Positions 37,127-46,970 of a DNA stretch of 64,000 nucleotides are shown here, one piece after another (positions within the stretch are counted from its first letter, which is position 1; every line of letters begins with the position of its first letter). A program made the translations under genes and the position numbers. The notes under the pieces were generated by a model. It did no database searches. It saw only the letters and a program-made list of their open reading frames with translations, and was not told where the DNA came from. The DNA is from a bacterium (GTDB lineage Bacteria; JADJOY01): contig JAXLQJ010000015.1 in the NCBI GenBank assembly GCA_046331705.1, forward strand, positions 1 to 64,000. The letters run 5' to 3'.

Positions 37127-38110
37127 ATGACCCGAGCAGCGCCGTTCCGGTCGCGCCTGCGCACGCGCGTCGTCGGATCGGTGCTGGTGGCCGCGGTCGT
37201 CTTCGCGTGCGCCGAGCTCGCGTTGCGCGCGCTCGGCTTCGCGTTCAGCCCCTTCACCCACTACGAGCAGAACGATTGGGAGGTCTTCGCGGAAGGCGAG
37301 AACCGCGTCGACTACTGGCCGGACCCACGGCTCTTCTGGAAGCTCATCCCGTCCCGCCAGGTCACCACCGCGTTCGGCGCGGGGTCGTGGATCAACGCGC
37401 ACGGGATGCGCGGGCCGGAGACGACGGTGGCGAAGCCGCGCGGGGTTCGCCGCGTGATCACCCTCGGCGATTCCGGCACCTTCGGTTGGGAGGTGCCCGA
37501 GCCGGAGTGTTATCCGCGGCAGCTCGAGGCGGTGCTGCGCAAGGCGCTCGCCGACGATCGCGTCGAGGTGGTCAACGCGGGGATCCCCGGCACGACCAGC
37601 TTGCAGGGACGTCGGTGGTTCGAGTCGCGGGTGGTGGATTTCGAGCCGGACGTGGTGGTGCTGGCCTTCGGCGGCAACGACGGCGATCGGCTGGAGGTCG
37701 CCGATCGTGCCCGCCACATCCTGCCGGAGCAGCTGACCCTCGATCAGGTCCTGCTCACGAGCCGCGTCTATCAGCTGCTCTACAAGCTGGTGGCGTGGGA
37801 TGCCCGCGCGGCGCTCGGCGCCGACAAGCGTCGCTGGGTGCCGCGGGTGTCCGTGGAGGAGTTCGAGGAGAACTACCGCGCGATTCTCGATCGCGCCGCC
37901 GCGGCGGGCGCGCACGCGGTGTTGCTGGCGCGCCCGGGCCCGGATTGGACGTCGTATCGCGAGGTCGAGATGCGGCTGGCGCGCGAGCGCGACCTTCCGT
38001 ACCTCGACGACGGGATCAACGGCCATCCGCCGGGAGCGCAATACGCGCAGGTCGCGCAGCGCGTGGCGGCGGCGATTCTGGCGCGCGGTTGGCTGGGCCC
38101 GGGGGCGTGA
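37127..38110 (+). CDS. SGNH/GDSL hydrolase, membrane-anchored
   Basis: 'LGDSGTFG', 'NAGIPG', 'FGGND', 'DGINGHP'. Confidence 0.9.
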   Translation: MTRAAPFRSRLRTRVVGSVLVAAVVFACAELALRALGFAFSPFTHYEQNDWEVFAEGENRVDYWPDPRLFWKLIPSRQVTTAFGAGSWINAHGMRGPETTVAKPRGVRRVITLGDSGTFGWEVPEPECYPRQLEAVLRKALADDRVEVVNAGIPGTTSLQGRRWFESRVVDFEPDVVVLAFGGNDGDRLEVADRARHILPEQLTLDQVLLTSRVYQLLYKLVAWDARAALGADKRRWVPRVSVEEFEENYRAILDRAAAAGAHAVLLARPGPDWTSYREVEMRLARERDLPYLDDGINGHPPGAQYAQVAQRVAAAILARGWLGPGA

Positions 38111-38126
38111 GCGAGGGCGCTCGCGC

Positions 38127-39980
38127 TCAGCTGGCGCGATCCGCCGCGACGGGTGTGCCCCGCGTGCGGGAACGCCGCCGACGCACGCAGCTTCCGACGA
38201 GGGTGACGAGCGTGAGCGCCGTGACCGCGCTGCCGGCCACCAACCCGGGCGCCCGGTAGCGCAGCTCGACACGACTCTCTCCCGCAGGCACCGCCGCCGA
38301 GAGCTGACGCGCGAACGGCATCGGCAGCGTGTTCGAGATCGCGTCCTGGGGCGCGTCGCCGGCGCCGAGCGTGTAGGTCCAGCCGGGTTGCCAGTTCTGG
38401 TTCACCACCACGCGCGCGGGCGCCTCGGCGTGGACTGCGGCGACCAGCCGGTTCGGGCTCGCGTGGAGCAGCCGCGCGGTGCCGGTCGCGCCCATCAAGA
38501 AAGCCTCGCCGCGATAGAGCGGGCTCTCCGCGGGCAGCGCGTAGATGTCGACGCGTGCCGTCTCGTAGCAGCTCACGATGCCGACGTTGGCCAGCAACGC
38601 GGGCAGATGCGCGCTGCTGGTGTAGAGCTGGGGCGCATCCGGGGCCAGCGCGTCCGAGTAGCCGCGGATGCGCAGCGTGTCGTGCTGCACCAGGCGCTCG
38701 GCGGGGCGGATCGGCATCGGCGCGAAGGGAAACGCGGACACGAACAGCACCCCGTTCACCGCCAGCAGGTCCACGGCGACCCACGCCACCAACGCCCCGC
38801 TGGCGGCGGCGCTCACGAGCGCGCTGCGGCCGCGTCGGGTGAGCCAGGAACGCGCTCGGTCCAGGCCCGCCGCCGCGGCGAGCGCGATCGCCAGCGTGAT
38901 CACGATCCGCCAGCGCTGGGCGATGCGCATGTTGCCGAGGATCGGCAGCGCGCGTAGCGCGTGCCACAGGCTCCAGGGCTCGGCGCGCGCCCCCAGCGTG
39001 ATCCACGCGAACGCCACGCACGCGATCCACAGCGGTAGCGCGCGGCGGCCCATCGCCCACGCACCCAGGCACGCGAGCACCACGGGCGCGAGGCCGACGT
39101 ACGTGGCGTTCTCGTCGATGCCCCAGTCCACGCCATGCCAGAGGTTGCCGCCTGGCTGGTGCCAGGTGCGTGACGCGTCCGCGCGCAGCGGATCCAGATA
39201 CGTCATCACGAGCGCTTCCACGCTCATCCCCGAATGATCGTCCGGCGCCCGCGGGTAGGCGTGGAGCTGGGCGATCGTGGGCACGAGCTTCACGGCGCTC
39301 AGCCCGAGGGCGATGGCGGCGATCGCGACCAGCGAACGCAGTGGCCGCAGGTCACGATCGCGCACGCACGCGACGCTCTCGTGGATCACCAGGAACACCG
39401 CGGCCATCGCGACGACGTAGGCGCCGCCGCCGAGCACGGTCGCCGCCAGCGCGCCGCCCGCCACCCAGCGCCAGCGTGGGTCCGAACGTCCGCGTTCGGC
39501 GCCGAGGAGTGCCCAGGGCAGGTACGAGGTGGTCATGTACCAGCTCATGCCGAGCATCAGGTTGTAGGCGTAGGCCGCGTTGAGCCGGAACACCACGGCC
39601 GCCAGCGCCGCGGCGCTTCGGCTCGCGCCGTGGTGGCGGGCGAGCGCGTACATCCCCGCGAGCCCGAGAAGCACGTGGAGCGCGAGGTCGACCTTGAGAC
39701 CGGCGGGGGCGCCGAGCGCCAGCACCAGCGCGAAGAAGGGTGAGGCGACGCGCGATTGGGGATTGGCGAGCTGAACGGTGCCGCCGCAATAGAACGGATT
39801 CCAGAGCGGTAGCTCGTGGAAGCGCACCAGCGTGTGGCGCGCGGCCTCGTGATAGAAGAGGTGCTGGTCCCAGTCCGAGATGCCCCAGAAGCTCGGGTGC
39901 GCGAAGACCGGCGCCACGAACGCGACACCGACGCCCGCGAGCGCCGCGCCGACGATCCAGCCGCGCGTCGAACGGATCAC
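38127..39980 (-). CDS. YfhO-like polytopic membrane protein (GT-C type glycosyltransferase-like)
   Basis: 'ELPLWNPFYCGG...ANPQ', many TM helices, C-terminal 'NQNWQPGW...VPAGESRVELRY'. Confidence 0.72.
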   Translation of the reverse strand: MIRSTRGWIVGAALAGVGVAFVAPVFAHPSFWGISDWDQHLFYHEAARHTLVRFHELPLWNPFYCGGTVQLANPQSRVASPFFALVLALGAPAGLKVDLALHVLLGLAGMYALARHHGASRSAAALAAVVFRLNAAYAYNLMLGMSWYMTTSYLPWALLGAERGRSDPRWRWVAGGALAATVLGGGAYVVAMAAVFLVIHESVACVRDRDLRPLRSLVAIAAIALGLSAVKLVPTIAQLHAYPRAPDDHSGMSVEALVMTYLDPLRADASRTWHQPGGNLWHGVDWGIDENATYVGLAPVVLACLGAWAMGRRALPLWIACVAFAWITLGARAEPWSLWHALRALPILGNMRIAQRWRIVITLAIALAAAAGLDRARSWLTRRGRSALVSAAASGALVAWVAVDLLAVNGVLFVSAFPFAPMPIRPAERLVQHDTLRIRGYSDALAPDAPQLYTSSAHLPALLANVGIVSCYETARVDIYALPAESPLYRGEAFLMGATGTARLLHASPNRLVAAVHAEAPARVVVNQNWQPGWTYTLGAGDAPQDAISNTLPMPFARQLSAAVPAGESRVELRYRAPGLVAGSAVTALTLVTLVGSCVRRRRSRTRGTPVAADRAS

Positions 39981-40035
39981 GCGCGCCGTGCCCGCCGCCG
40001 GGCTCGCCGCGCCCCGCGCTCGGCGCCGTCGCCGC

Positions 40036-40494
40036 TCAGCGCGGCCACGGGCGTCGCCGCATCCGTCCGTGCTCGATCAACAGGCAGCGGTCCTGGACCA
40101 CGTCGATGCCCGCGCGCGCCAGCCGCTCGGCGGCTTCGTCGTTGCGGATGCCGAGCTGGAACCACACGGCCTTCGGGTGAGCGGCGAGGATGTCGTCGAG
40201 ATGCGGCGGAATGTCGTGGGAGCGGCGGAACACGTTCACCAGGTCGATCGTGCCCTCGATCTCGCTCACGCGCCGCCGCACCGCTTGGCCGAGGATGGTC
40301 GTCACCTCCGGATAGTAGACCGGCACCGGCACGATCTCGTAGCCGGCGTTCGCCATGTATTCCGGCACGTCGAACGCCGCCTGTCCGCGCCGGCTCTCGG
40401 GCTTGATGCCGAGCACGGCGATGCGATGGGATTCGCGCACGATGCGGGCGATGCCCTCGGGATCCTCCACCCGATGCTTGCGCCATTCGTCCAT
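40036..40494 (-). CDS. CoA-binding protein (YccU-like)
   Basis: 'IAVLG', 'IDLVNVFR', 'KAVWFQLGI', 'VVQDRCL'. Confidence 0.92.
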   Translation of the reverse strand: MDEWRKHRVEDPEGIARIVRESHRIAVLGIKPESRRGQAAFDVPEYMANAGYEIVPVPVYYPEVTTILGQAVRRRVSEIEGTIDLVNVFRRSHDIPPHLDDILAAHPKAVWFQLGIRNDEAAERLARAGIDVVQDRCLLIEHGRMRRRPWPR

Positions 40495-40646
40495 GGCTCG
40501 CGCCTCCGTGGCGCGCCGCACGCTCGCTCCGACGCGAGGTTTTCCGACGGACGGGGACGCGTGTTAGCGTGACGCGCCTCTCGCTCGGCGGTCCTCACGC
40601 GCGGCCAGAAGCACGGCACGCGCCCACCGCTTTCCCGATCGCAACC

Positions 40647-41297
40647 ATGGCCATCCACATCAATCGCGTCTACACCCGTTCCGGCGACGGCGGCGACACC
40701 GGCCTCGTCGGCGGCCGGCGCGTTCCCAAGGATTCCGCCCGGATCGACGCTTACGGCGACATCGACGAGCTCAACGCCGCGCTGGGGCTCGCGCGCGTGT
40801 TCAACGCGGAGCGGCTCGCCGAGAGCGAGCACCACCGCTGGCTCGACGAGGTCTTCCGCCGGCTGCAAAACGAGCTCTTCGACCTGGGCTCCGAGCTCGC
40901 GACACCTCCCGACGGCGAATACGAGGGCATGCACAAGCTCTCGCTCGAGCAAGTCGAGGAGCTCGAGCACCTCATCGATCGCTGCCAGGAAGACCTGGAA
41001 CCGCTTCAGTCCTTCATCCTCCCCGGGGGCGGCCGCGTGAGCGGCTTCCTGCACCAGGCGCGCACGATCTGCCGTCGGGCCGAGCGCAAGATCGTCGCCC
41101 TGCGGCGCACCGAGCCGGTGGACGAGCCGGTGCTTCAGTACGTGAACCGCTTGAGCGATCTGCTCTTCGTGCTCGGCCGCTGGGTCGCCAAGCGCACCGG
41201 CGAGGGCGAGTACCTGTGGGAGCGCGGCTTGCGCTCGCACGGGATGGCGAAGCGCGCCACGACGCCCCGCAAGGGCTCGAACCCGCGAACGGAATGA
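40647..41297 (+). CDS. ATP:cob(I)alamin adenosyltransferase (PduO type)
   Basis: 'VYTRSGDGGDTGL', 'AYGDIDELN', 'FILPGG', 'RTICRRAER', 'YVNRLSDLLF'. Confidence 0.95.
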   Translation: MAIHINRVYTRSGDGGDTGLVGGRRVPKDSARIDAYGDIDELNAALGLARVFNAERLAESEHHRWLDEVFRRLQNELFDLGSELATPPDGEYEGMHKLSLEQVEELEHLIDRCQEDLEPLQSFILPGGGRVSGFLHQARTICRRAERKIVALRRTEPVDEPVLQYVNRLSDLLFVLGRWVAKRTGEGEYLWERGLRSHGMAKRATTPRKGSNPRTE

Positions 41298-41391
41298 TCG
41301 CTCGCGATCCGGATCGAGGGTGTCGGTCGCCGCGACGGGCGGCGCCTGACCGAGCATGCGGGAGCCGTCGGGGCCCTTGGGGAGTGAGCAC

Positions 41392-42894
41392 GTGCTGACG
41401 ACGACCCGAGTCGCTGTGGACCTCGGCGCGCCGACGGTGTCGATCGATCGGCGCATCTACGGGCACTTTCTCGAGGAGATCGGCCGCATGATCAGCGGTG
41501 GCCTCTTTCCCGAGAAGGGATCGACGGCGCCGATCGACGACCAGGGCTACCGCGCCGACGTCTGGGAGGCGTGTCGCGACCTCGGGCCGGTGCTGCTGCG
41601 CTGGCCGGGCGGCTGCTTCGCCGACGTCTACCACTGGCGCGACGGCGTCGGCGTGCATCGCGCACGCAGCTACCCCAATCGCTTCTGGGGCCATCGCTTC
41701 GGCGAGAAGTGGGGCCCGCCGGTTCACAACGAGCTCGGTACCGACGAGTTCCTGGCGCTCTGCCGCGATTGGGACTGCGAGCCCTATCTGTGCGCCAACG
41801 CGGGCACCGGCGGCGCCGAGGAAGCAGCGGCGTGGGTGGAGTACGTGAACCGGCACGCGACGGGTCACGATCCCTCGCTGCCCAGGTGCCGGCTGTGGAG
41901 CATCGGCAACGAGCAATTCGGTGTGTGGGAGGTGGGCCACACCACCGCGCGCGACTACGCACGCCGCTATCTGCGTTACCGAGAGGCGATGCGCGCCGTC
42001 GACCCGAGCATCGAGACCGTGCTCAACGGCAACGACGACCTGCGCAGCCGCTGGAACGCGCGGGTGCTCGAGGTGGCGGCCGAGCAGACCGACTACCTGT
42101 CCGTCCACTCGTACCTTCCGCAGGACTACCGCGTGACGCACATGCTGAGCCCTCCGCCCACCAGTGTGGGCGCCTGGTACTCGGCGCTCTCGATCGGCGA
42201 CAGCGTGCTCGCCAAGCTCGAGGCGCACGAGGCCACGGTGCGACGCGTCGCCGGGCGCTCCATCCCGCTGGCCGTCGACGAGTGGAACCTGTGGTGGACC
42301 TTTCCGCAGGCGATCCGTCCGCGCCCGTGCCTCCGCGATTCGCTGGGCGCCGCCGCGGTGCTCATGACCTTCCAGAAGCGCGCCGATCTGGTGCGCATCG
42401 CGAATCTCTCGTCGATCATCAATCTGATCGCGTCGCCCGTCCTCACCGATCGCGATCACGTGGCGCGCACCAGCCTCTTCCACGTCTTCCGGCTCTTCAC
42501 CGCGCACGCCGAGGAGCGTCGGATCGCGAGCACGGTGGTCAGCGGCCCGACCTACTCGGCGGAGCGTCTGAAGGGCATCCGGCCCGTCGAGCGCGCGCCG
42601 CTGGTGAGCGTCACCGCCACCGCGTCGGCGGACTCGTCGCGCGCGGCGCTCTTCCTGCTCAACCGCCACCACGAGCTCGAGCTCCGCGTCGAGATCGACT
42701 ATCGCGGCGGTGCACCGGCGGGCGACGGCACCTTCACGTGGGTGACGGGGCCGGCGCCGATGGCGGAGAACCTGCCGGGACGACCGGCTCAGGTGACCAC
42801 GCAAAGCCGGGTGATCGACCGCGGCCAGCTCCAGGAGCTGGCCCTTCCGCCGCGCTCGATCGCGGTCGTGACCCACGACCTCGCCAAAGCTTGA
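41392..42894 (+). CDS. GH51 alpha-L-arabinofuranosidase-like glycoside hydrolase
   Basis: 'IYGHFLE', 'LRWPGGCFAD', 'GTDEF', 'WSIGNE', 'AVDEWN'. Confidence 0.92.
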   Translation: MLTTTRVAVDLGAPTVSIDRRIYGHFLEEIGRMISGGLFPEKGSTAPIDDQGYRADVWEACRDLGPVLLRWPGGCFADVYHWRDGVGVHRARSYPNRFWGHRFGEKWGPPVHNELGTDEFLALCRDWDCEPYLCANAGTGGAEEAAAWVEYVNRHATGHDPSLPRCRLWSIGNEQFGVWEVGHTTARDYARRYLRYREAMRAVDPSIETVLNGNDDLRSRWNARVLEVAAEQTDYLSVHSYLPQDYRVTHMLSPPPTSVGAWYSALSIGDSVLAKLEAHEATVRRVAGRSIPLAVDEWNLWWTFPQAIRPRPCLRDSLGAAAVLMTFQKRADLVRIANLSSIINLIASPVLTDRDHVARTSLFHVFRLFTAHAEERRIASTVVSGPTYSAERLKGIRPVERAPLVSVTATASADSSRAALFLLNRHHELELRVEIDYRGGAPAGDGTFTWVTGPAPMAENLPGRPAQVTTQSRVIDRGQLQELALPPRSIAVVTHDLAKA

Positions 42895-42899
42895 ACGTC

Positions 42900-42920
42900 G
42901 GCCCGCCGCGGTGGCGGGCC
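42900..42920. terminator. Hairpin between convergent genes
   Basis: GGCCCGCC-GCGGT-GGCGGGCC, with no U-tract. Confidence 0.45.
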
Positions 42921-42933
42921 TGCGGTCGCGGGA

Positions 42934-43437
42934 TCAGTCGCTCTTCCCGCCCTTGACGAGCTTGAGGTGCGGCGCGCCGCGGCGCGCGGTCGGCCGGGCC
43001 GCGGCCTTGTGCGGCGCTGGCTCGCTCGACGGCGACTCGAGCGTCGTCACGGCGCTCGCGGGCTCCGGGGCGCCTTCGTCGGGGAGCGGCTCGGTCGCAG
43101 TCAGCTGCCCGGCCAGCTTCTCGGGCACGTTTTCCTTGAACACGAAGCCGCTGCCGGCAGCGAAGTCCATCACCGCCCACACCGCGCGAAACGGGAAGCG
43201 GCAACGCATGAGCACGCCCTGGAAGCCGAGGTCGGCGTAGAGCGCGTGGTCGTCGAAGCCGAGCTGGATGGGCCAGGCGGGGTTGAGGTCGATGAGCAAG
43301 CCCTCGCCCCACTGCTCGCGCACGTGCTCCGGCACCTCGACGCCCTCGCGAGTGGAATCGACGTAGAGCCGCGCGGTCTTCCCCTTGCCCGTCAGGTCGA
43401 GGATCGACCGCTCGATCGAGTTCTTGAGCTCGTCCAT
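42934..43437 (-). CDS. SspB-like ClpXP adaptor
   Basis: 'VDSTREGVEVPEH', 'FPFRAVWAV', low-complexity linker, and C-terminal 'PHLKLVK' ClpX-binding-like motif. Confidence 0.8.
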   Translation of the reverse strand: MDELKNSIERSILDLTGKGKTARLYVDSTREGVEVPEHVREQWGEGLLIDLNPAWPIQLGFDDHALYADLGFQGVLMRCRFPFRAVWAVMDFAAGSGFVFKENVPEKLAGQLTATEPLPDEGAPEPASAVTTLESPSSEPAPHKAAARPTARRGAPHLKLVKGGKSD

Positions 43438-43638
43438 CGCCCTTGCGTTTTAGCGTGCAGCCTCCGGGCCTGGCTCGGTGCGCGCCGCGGGAGATGCGTC
43501 GCGAGCGAAACGCGAAGGCCGTCGCGATCCCGGCGCGAAGGGCCGATCGGTGGCCGCCGCGGCTCCCGCGCCGGCCTCTCGCGGCCCGCGGGAACGCGCT
43601 GCGAATTGCACGTCCCGTGGCCTGCTAGGCTTCGCGGA

Positions 43639-44940
43639 ATGTCGCGCGGGTCTGTGGCTCCGGCAGCGGCCCCGGCATCGGCTGCGGGCGAGTCGGCAGC
43701 GTCGCTCGAGGTGCGGATCGAGCGCATCGCGACCGGCGGCGACGGCGTCGGGCGCTCGGCCGACGGGCGAGTCGTGTTCGTTCCGTTCGCGGCACCCGGC
43801 GAGACGGTGCGCGCCAGCTGCGTCGAGGAAGCGCCGCGTTTCCTGCGCGCGCGACTCGAGGCCGTGCTCGCACCGTCCGCGGAGCGCGTCGAGCCGCGCT
43901 GTGCGCTCTTCGGGATCTGCGGTGGATGCTCGCTCATGCACCTGTCCCCGCCAGCGCAGCTCGCGGTCAAGGACGGCATCGTCGCGGATCACCTCGTCCG
44001 TCCGGGCTTGGTCGAGGCGTCGCGTGTCGCGCCCACGCGCCCTTCGCCCGAGCATTGGCATTTCCGCCATCGGATGCGCTTTCACGCGCGTCGCGGGAAG
44101 CTCGGGCTCTTTCGTCCCAAGAGCCAGTCCCTGGTCGAGATCGCACGCTGTCCGGTCAGCGCGCCGCGGATCGACGCCTTGCTGGCGCCGCTCGCCGTGC
44201 GCGTCGCGGAGGTGCCGACCACGGCCCTCGAGATCGAGATCGTGGACGACGGCGCGGCGTGCGCGCTCGCGGTGTCGGCGGTCGCACCCGCCGTGGTGGA
44301 CCTCGAGGCGCTGGCTCGACGCTTCCAAGCGGTGCCCGGCGTCACCTCCGTGGTCGCGCGCGCCGGCGCGCGGCGCTTCGTCGTGGGCGACGCGATCGCT
44401 CACGACGCGGCGCCACCCGGTAGCTTCCGGCAAGCCAACCCGCTCGCGAACGAGTGGCTGCGGACGCGGGTGGCCGACGCGGTGGACGCCGCAGGGCCGG
44501 GGGCGGACGAGGTGCTCGAGCTCTACGCGGGCGGCGGCAACTTCACGAGCGCGATCGCCGCGCGCGGTCATCGGGTCCTGGCCGTCGAGCAGGACCCGCA
44601 CGCGGTCGCCGCCGGCGAGCGCGCGGCGAACGGGCGACCGGCGGGAGCGGCGCCGATCCGCTTCGTGCGCGCGAGCGTGGAACCGTTCTTGCGCGGCCGC
44701 GCGCCGCGCGCGGCATGCGTGGTGCTGAACCCGCCGCGCATCGGGCTGCCGGCGAAGACGGCGCCGGCGATCGCGCGTCTCGGCGCACGCGGGTTGATCT
44801 ACGTGTCGTGCAATCCCGCGACGCTCGGCCGCGACCTGGCGCGGCTGCGCGACGAGGGCTTCGAGGTCCAGTCGGTGGAACCGATCGATCTATTCCCGCA
44901 CACCGCGCACGTCGAGTGCGTCGCGATCTTGCGGCGATGA
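43639..44940 (+). CDS. TRAM-domain RNA m5U methyltransferase (RlmD/RumA-like)
   Basis: TRAM 'GGDGVGR...VFVPFAAPGE', Fe-S 'C..FG.CGGC', 'SFRQAN', 'LELYAGGGNF', 'NPPRIG', 'YVSCNPATL', 'DLFPHTAHVE'. Confidence 0.92.
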   Translation: MSRGSVAPAAAPASAAGESAASLEVRIERIATGGDGVGRSADGRVVFVPFAAPGETVRASCVEEAPRFLRARLEAVLAPSAERVEPRCALFGICGGCSLMHLSPPAQLAVKDGIVADHLVRPGLVEASRVAPTRPSPEHWHFRHRMRFHARRGKLGLFRPKSQSLVEIARCPVSAPRIDALLAPLAVRVAEVPTTALEIEIVDDGAACALAVSAVAPAVVDLEALARRFQAVPGVTSVVARAGARRFVVGDAIAHDAAPPGSFRQANPLANEWLRTRVADAVDAAGPGADEVLELYAGGGNFTSAIAARGHRVLAVEQDPHAVAAGERAANGRPAGAAPIRFVRASVEPFLRGRAPRAACVVLNPPRIGLPAKTAPAIARLGARGLIYVSCNPATLGRDLARLRDEGFEVQSVEPIDLFPHTAHVECVAILRR

Positions 44941-46889
44941 GCGGGGTGGCTCGTCGCCGCGCCGGCCGGGGCCGCGCGCCGGGAGCGCGTCGCAAGGCGG
45001 CAGCACCGGTGCAGGGCCTCGCGTCGCCGCGCATCCCGGCGGGCGCGGGGCTGCGGCTCGCGGTGGGCTGGCTCGGCGTCGCGTGCGGGGTGGGGCTCGC
45101 GCTGCTCGCGATCCAGCTGGTCGCACGCGATCGCGTGACCGACACGAGCTGTTTCGCCCTCTGGGGCGCCACCCTCGCGGTGAGCGCCGCGACCGCGAGC
45201 GCTTTCCGTGGCACCCGGATGGCGGGCGCCAGCGCGCTCTGGGTGGCGCCGCTGGTGGCGGTCTTCGTCGCCACGCCGAGCCGGCCGCAGAGCTTCGACA
45301 CCTATCCCACGCGCTACCTCGCCGTGAGCCTCGCCGAGCGACGGGACTTCGATCTGGACGAGTGGCCGGAGCAGCTCGAGATCGTGAAGCCGGCCTACTG
45401 GCTTCATCCGCACGACGGTCATCTCTACAGCGCGTACCCGCCCGGCGCCGCGCTCTTCGCGGCGCCGTTGTGGCCGTTCTTTCGCCTCGCGGGATTTGCG
45501 GCGAAGCCCGCGCCGGTCTACGCGCTGGCGAAGACCGCCGCCGCGCTCGCGGTGGCGCTCGCCGCGGCGACCGTGCACGCGGCAGCGAAGCGCCATGGCG
45601 TGCGTCGCGCCGCGTTCCCCATCGCGCTCGGATTCGCGCTCGCCTCCGGCAATCTGGCGCTCGCCAGCCAGGACCTCTGGCAGCACGGCCCCGCCGAGCT
45701 GGGTCTCGCGATCGCCCTCTGGGGGCTCGCCGAGCGCTCGCCGCGGGATGCCGTCTGGGTGGGATTCGGGCTCGGGCTCGCGGCCTTGATGCGGCCCTTT
45801 CTGCTCTCGGTCGCGGGCGTTGCCACGGTCGTGTGGGCGCTTCGCCATCGCGATCGCGACGCGTGGGCGCGGCTGGCGCTCGGGCTGGTACCGCCGCTCG
45901 CCATCGGCGCCGCCTGCAACCTGGCGGTCTTCGGGACGCTGGTGGGCGGCTACTCGCGCGAGCTGCGCGGCTCGATCTGGCAGGGGCACGTGCTCGGGGC
46001 GCTCCTCGGCAACGCGCTGAGCCCGAGTCGCGGCCTCCTGGTCTTCGCGCCCTGGGTCGTGTTCGCGGTGCCGGGCGCGCTGCTCGCGATCCGTCGCACA
46101 CCGCAGGTGGCGTGGGTGCTGCTGGCGCCGCTGGTCGCCTTCTTCGGGGTCGTGTCGCTGCGCGTCGAATGGTGGGCGGGCCACGGTTACGGCCCGCGTT
46201 ATCCGCTCGACGTGCTGCCGTTCGTGGCGTTCCTGGCGGCGATCGGAGTGGAGGAGCTCGCCAAGCGATCGTTCCGCACCGCCGTCGCGACGCTCGCGCC
46301 GCTGCTGGTGTGGGGCACGCTCGCGCAGCTGCCGGCGTTCCTCGGCGAGGAGGGACGCCGCTGGAGCGGATCGCCCAACGTGGATCGGTTTCCCGAGCGC
46401 CTGTGGAGCGTCGGCGACGGTCAGCTCGCCGCGGGCTGGAACGAATGGCTGCGAATCGCGCGGAGCTCCTACGCCGTCGCGCGCATGCGTCGTGGCGTCG
46501 GTGAAGCGGTGGTGGATCGACGATTTCTGCGCGAGCCGTTCGTGGCCTGCGCGCCGGCGGGTCCGGACGGGCGCGGCTATCTCGCGCTGGGCCCGGGCGA
46601 CCGGTTCGGCGCGGGCCGGTGGCGCGCGCGTTTTCGGTTGGCGATCGATCATCCGCTCGGCCCCGAGCTCTGTGCGCGCGACGAGCCCGCGGCGGTGCTC
46701 GACGTCGCCAGCGAGGGCGGGGTCCCGGTGTGGGCGCGGCGCGAGCTGCCGGCGTGTGCCGGCGGGGTTCGGGACGTCGATCTCGCGTTCGATCTGCCGC
46801 GACGGCAGCGGCTCGAGCTGCGCGTCGAGACCACGGGCGCGGCGCGGGTCTGCGCCAGCCGGATCGAGATCGGCCGCCTCGATCGGTGA
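44937..46889 (+). CDS. Polytopic membrane protein, GT-C glycosyltransferase-like, with a C-terminal extracytoplasmic domain
   Basis: 'DTYPTRY...YSAYPPG', 'LWQHG', 'SPSRGLLVFAP', 'WWAGHGYGPRY'. ATGA-coupled to the methyltransferase. Confidence 0.6.
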   Translation: MSGVARRRAGRGRAPGARRKAAAPVQGLASPRIPAGAGLRLAVGWLGVACGVGLALLAIQLVARDRVTDTSCFALWGATLAVSAATASAFRGTRMAGASALWVAPLVAVFVATPSRPQSFDTYPTRYLAVSLAERRDFDLDEWPEQLEIVKPAYWLHPHDGHLYSAYPPGAALFAAPLWPFFRLAGFAAKPAPVYALAKTAAALAVALAAATVHAAAKRHGVRRAAFPIALGFALASGNLALASQDLWQHGPAELGLAIALWGLAERSPRDAVWVGFGLGLAALMRPFLLSVAGVATVVWALRHRDRDAWARLALGLVPPLAIGAACNLAVFGTLVGGYSRELRGSIWQGHVLGALLGNALSPSRGLLVFAPWVVFAVPGALLAIRRTPQVAWVLLAPLVAFFGVVSLRVEWWAGHGYGPRYPLDVLPFVAFLAAIGVEELAKRSFRTAVATLAPLLVWGTLAQLPAFLGEEGRRWSGSPNVDRFPERLWSVGDGQLAAGWNEWLRIARSSYAVARMRRGVGEAVVDRRFLREPFVACAPAGPDGRGYLALGPGDRFGAGRWRARFRLAIDHPLGPELCARDEPAAVLDVASEGGVPVWARRELPACAGGVRDVDLAFDLPRRQRLELRVETTGAARVCASRIEIGRLDR

Positions 46890-46970
46890 TGGCGGCCATC
46901 GCGCGCACGCCGGAGGGGTCGTCGCGCCAGCGCTTCGGTTGGCGCGCGGATTGACCTATAACTTCAGCGG

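Noticed and set aside
40495-40646. Cobalamin riboswitch upstream of the adenosyltransferase
   Set aside because: No B12-box or other conserved cobalamin-riboswitch motif is recognisable, and the region is short.
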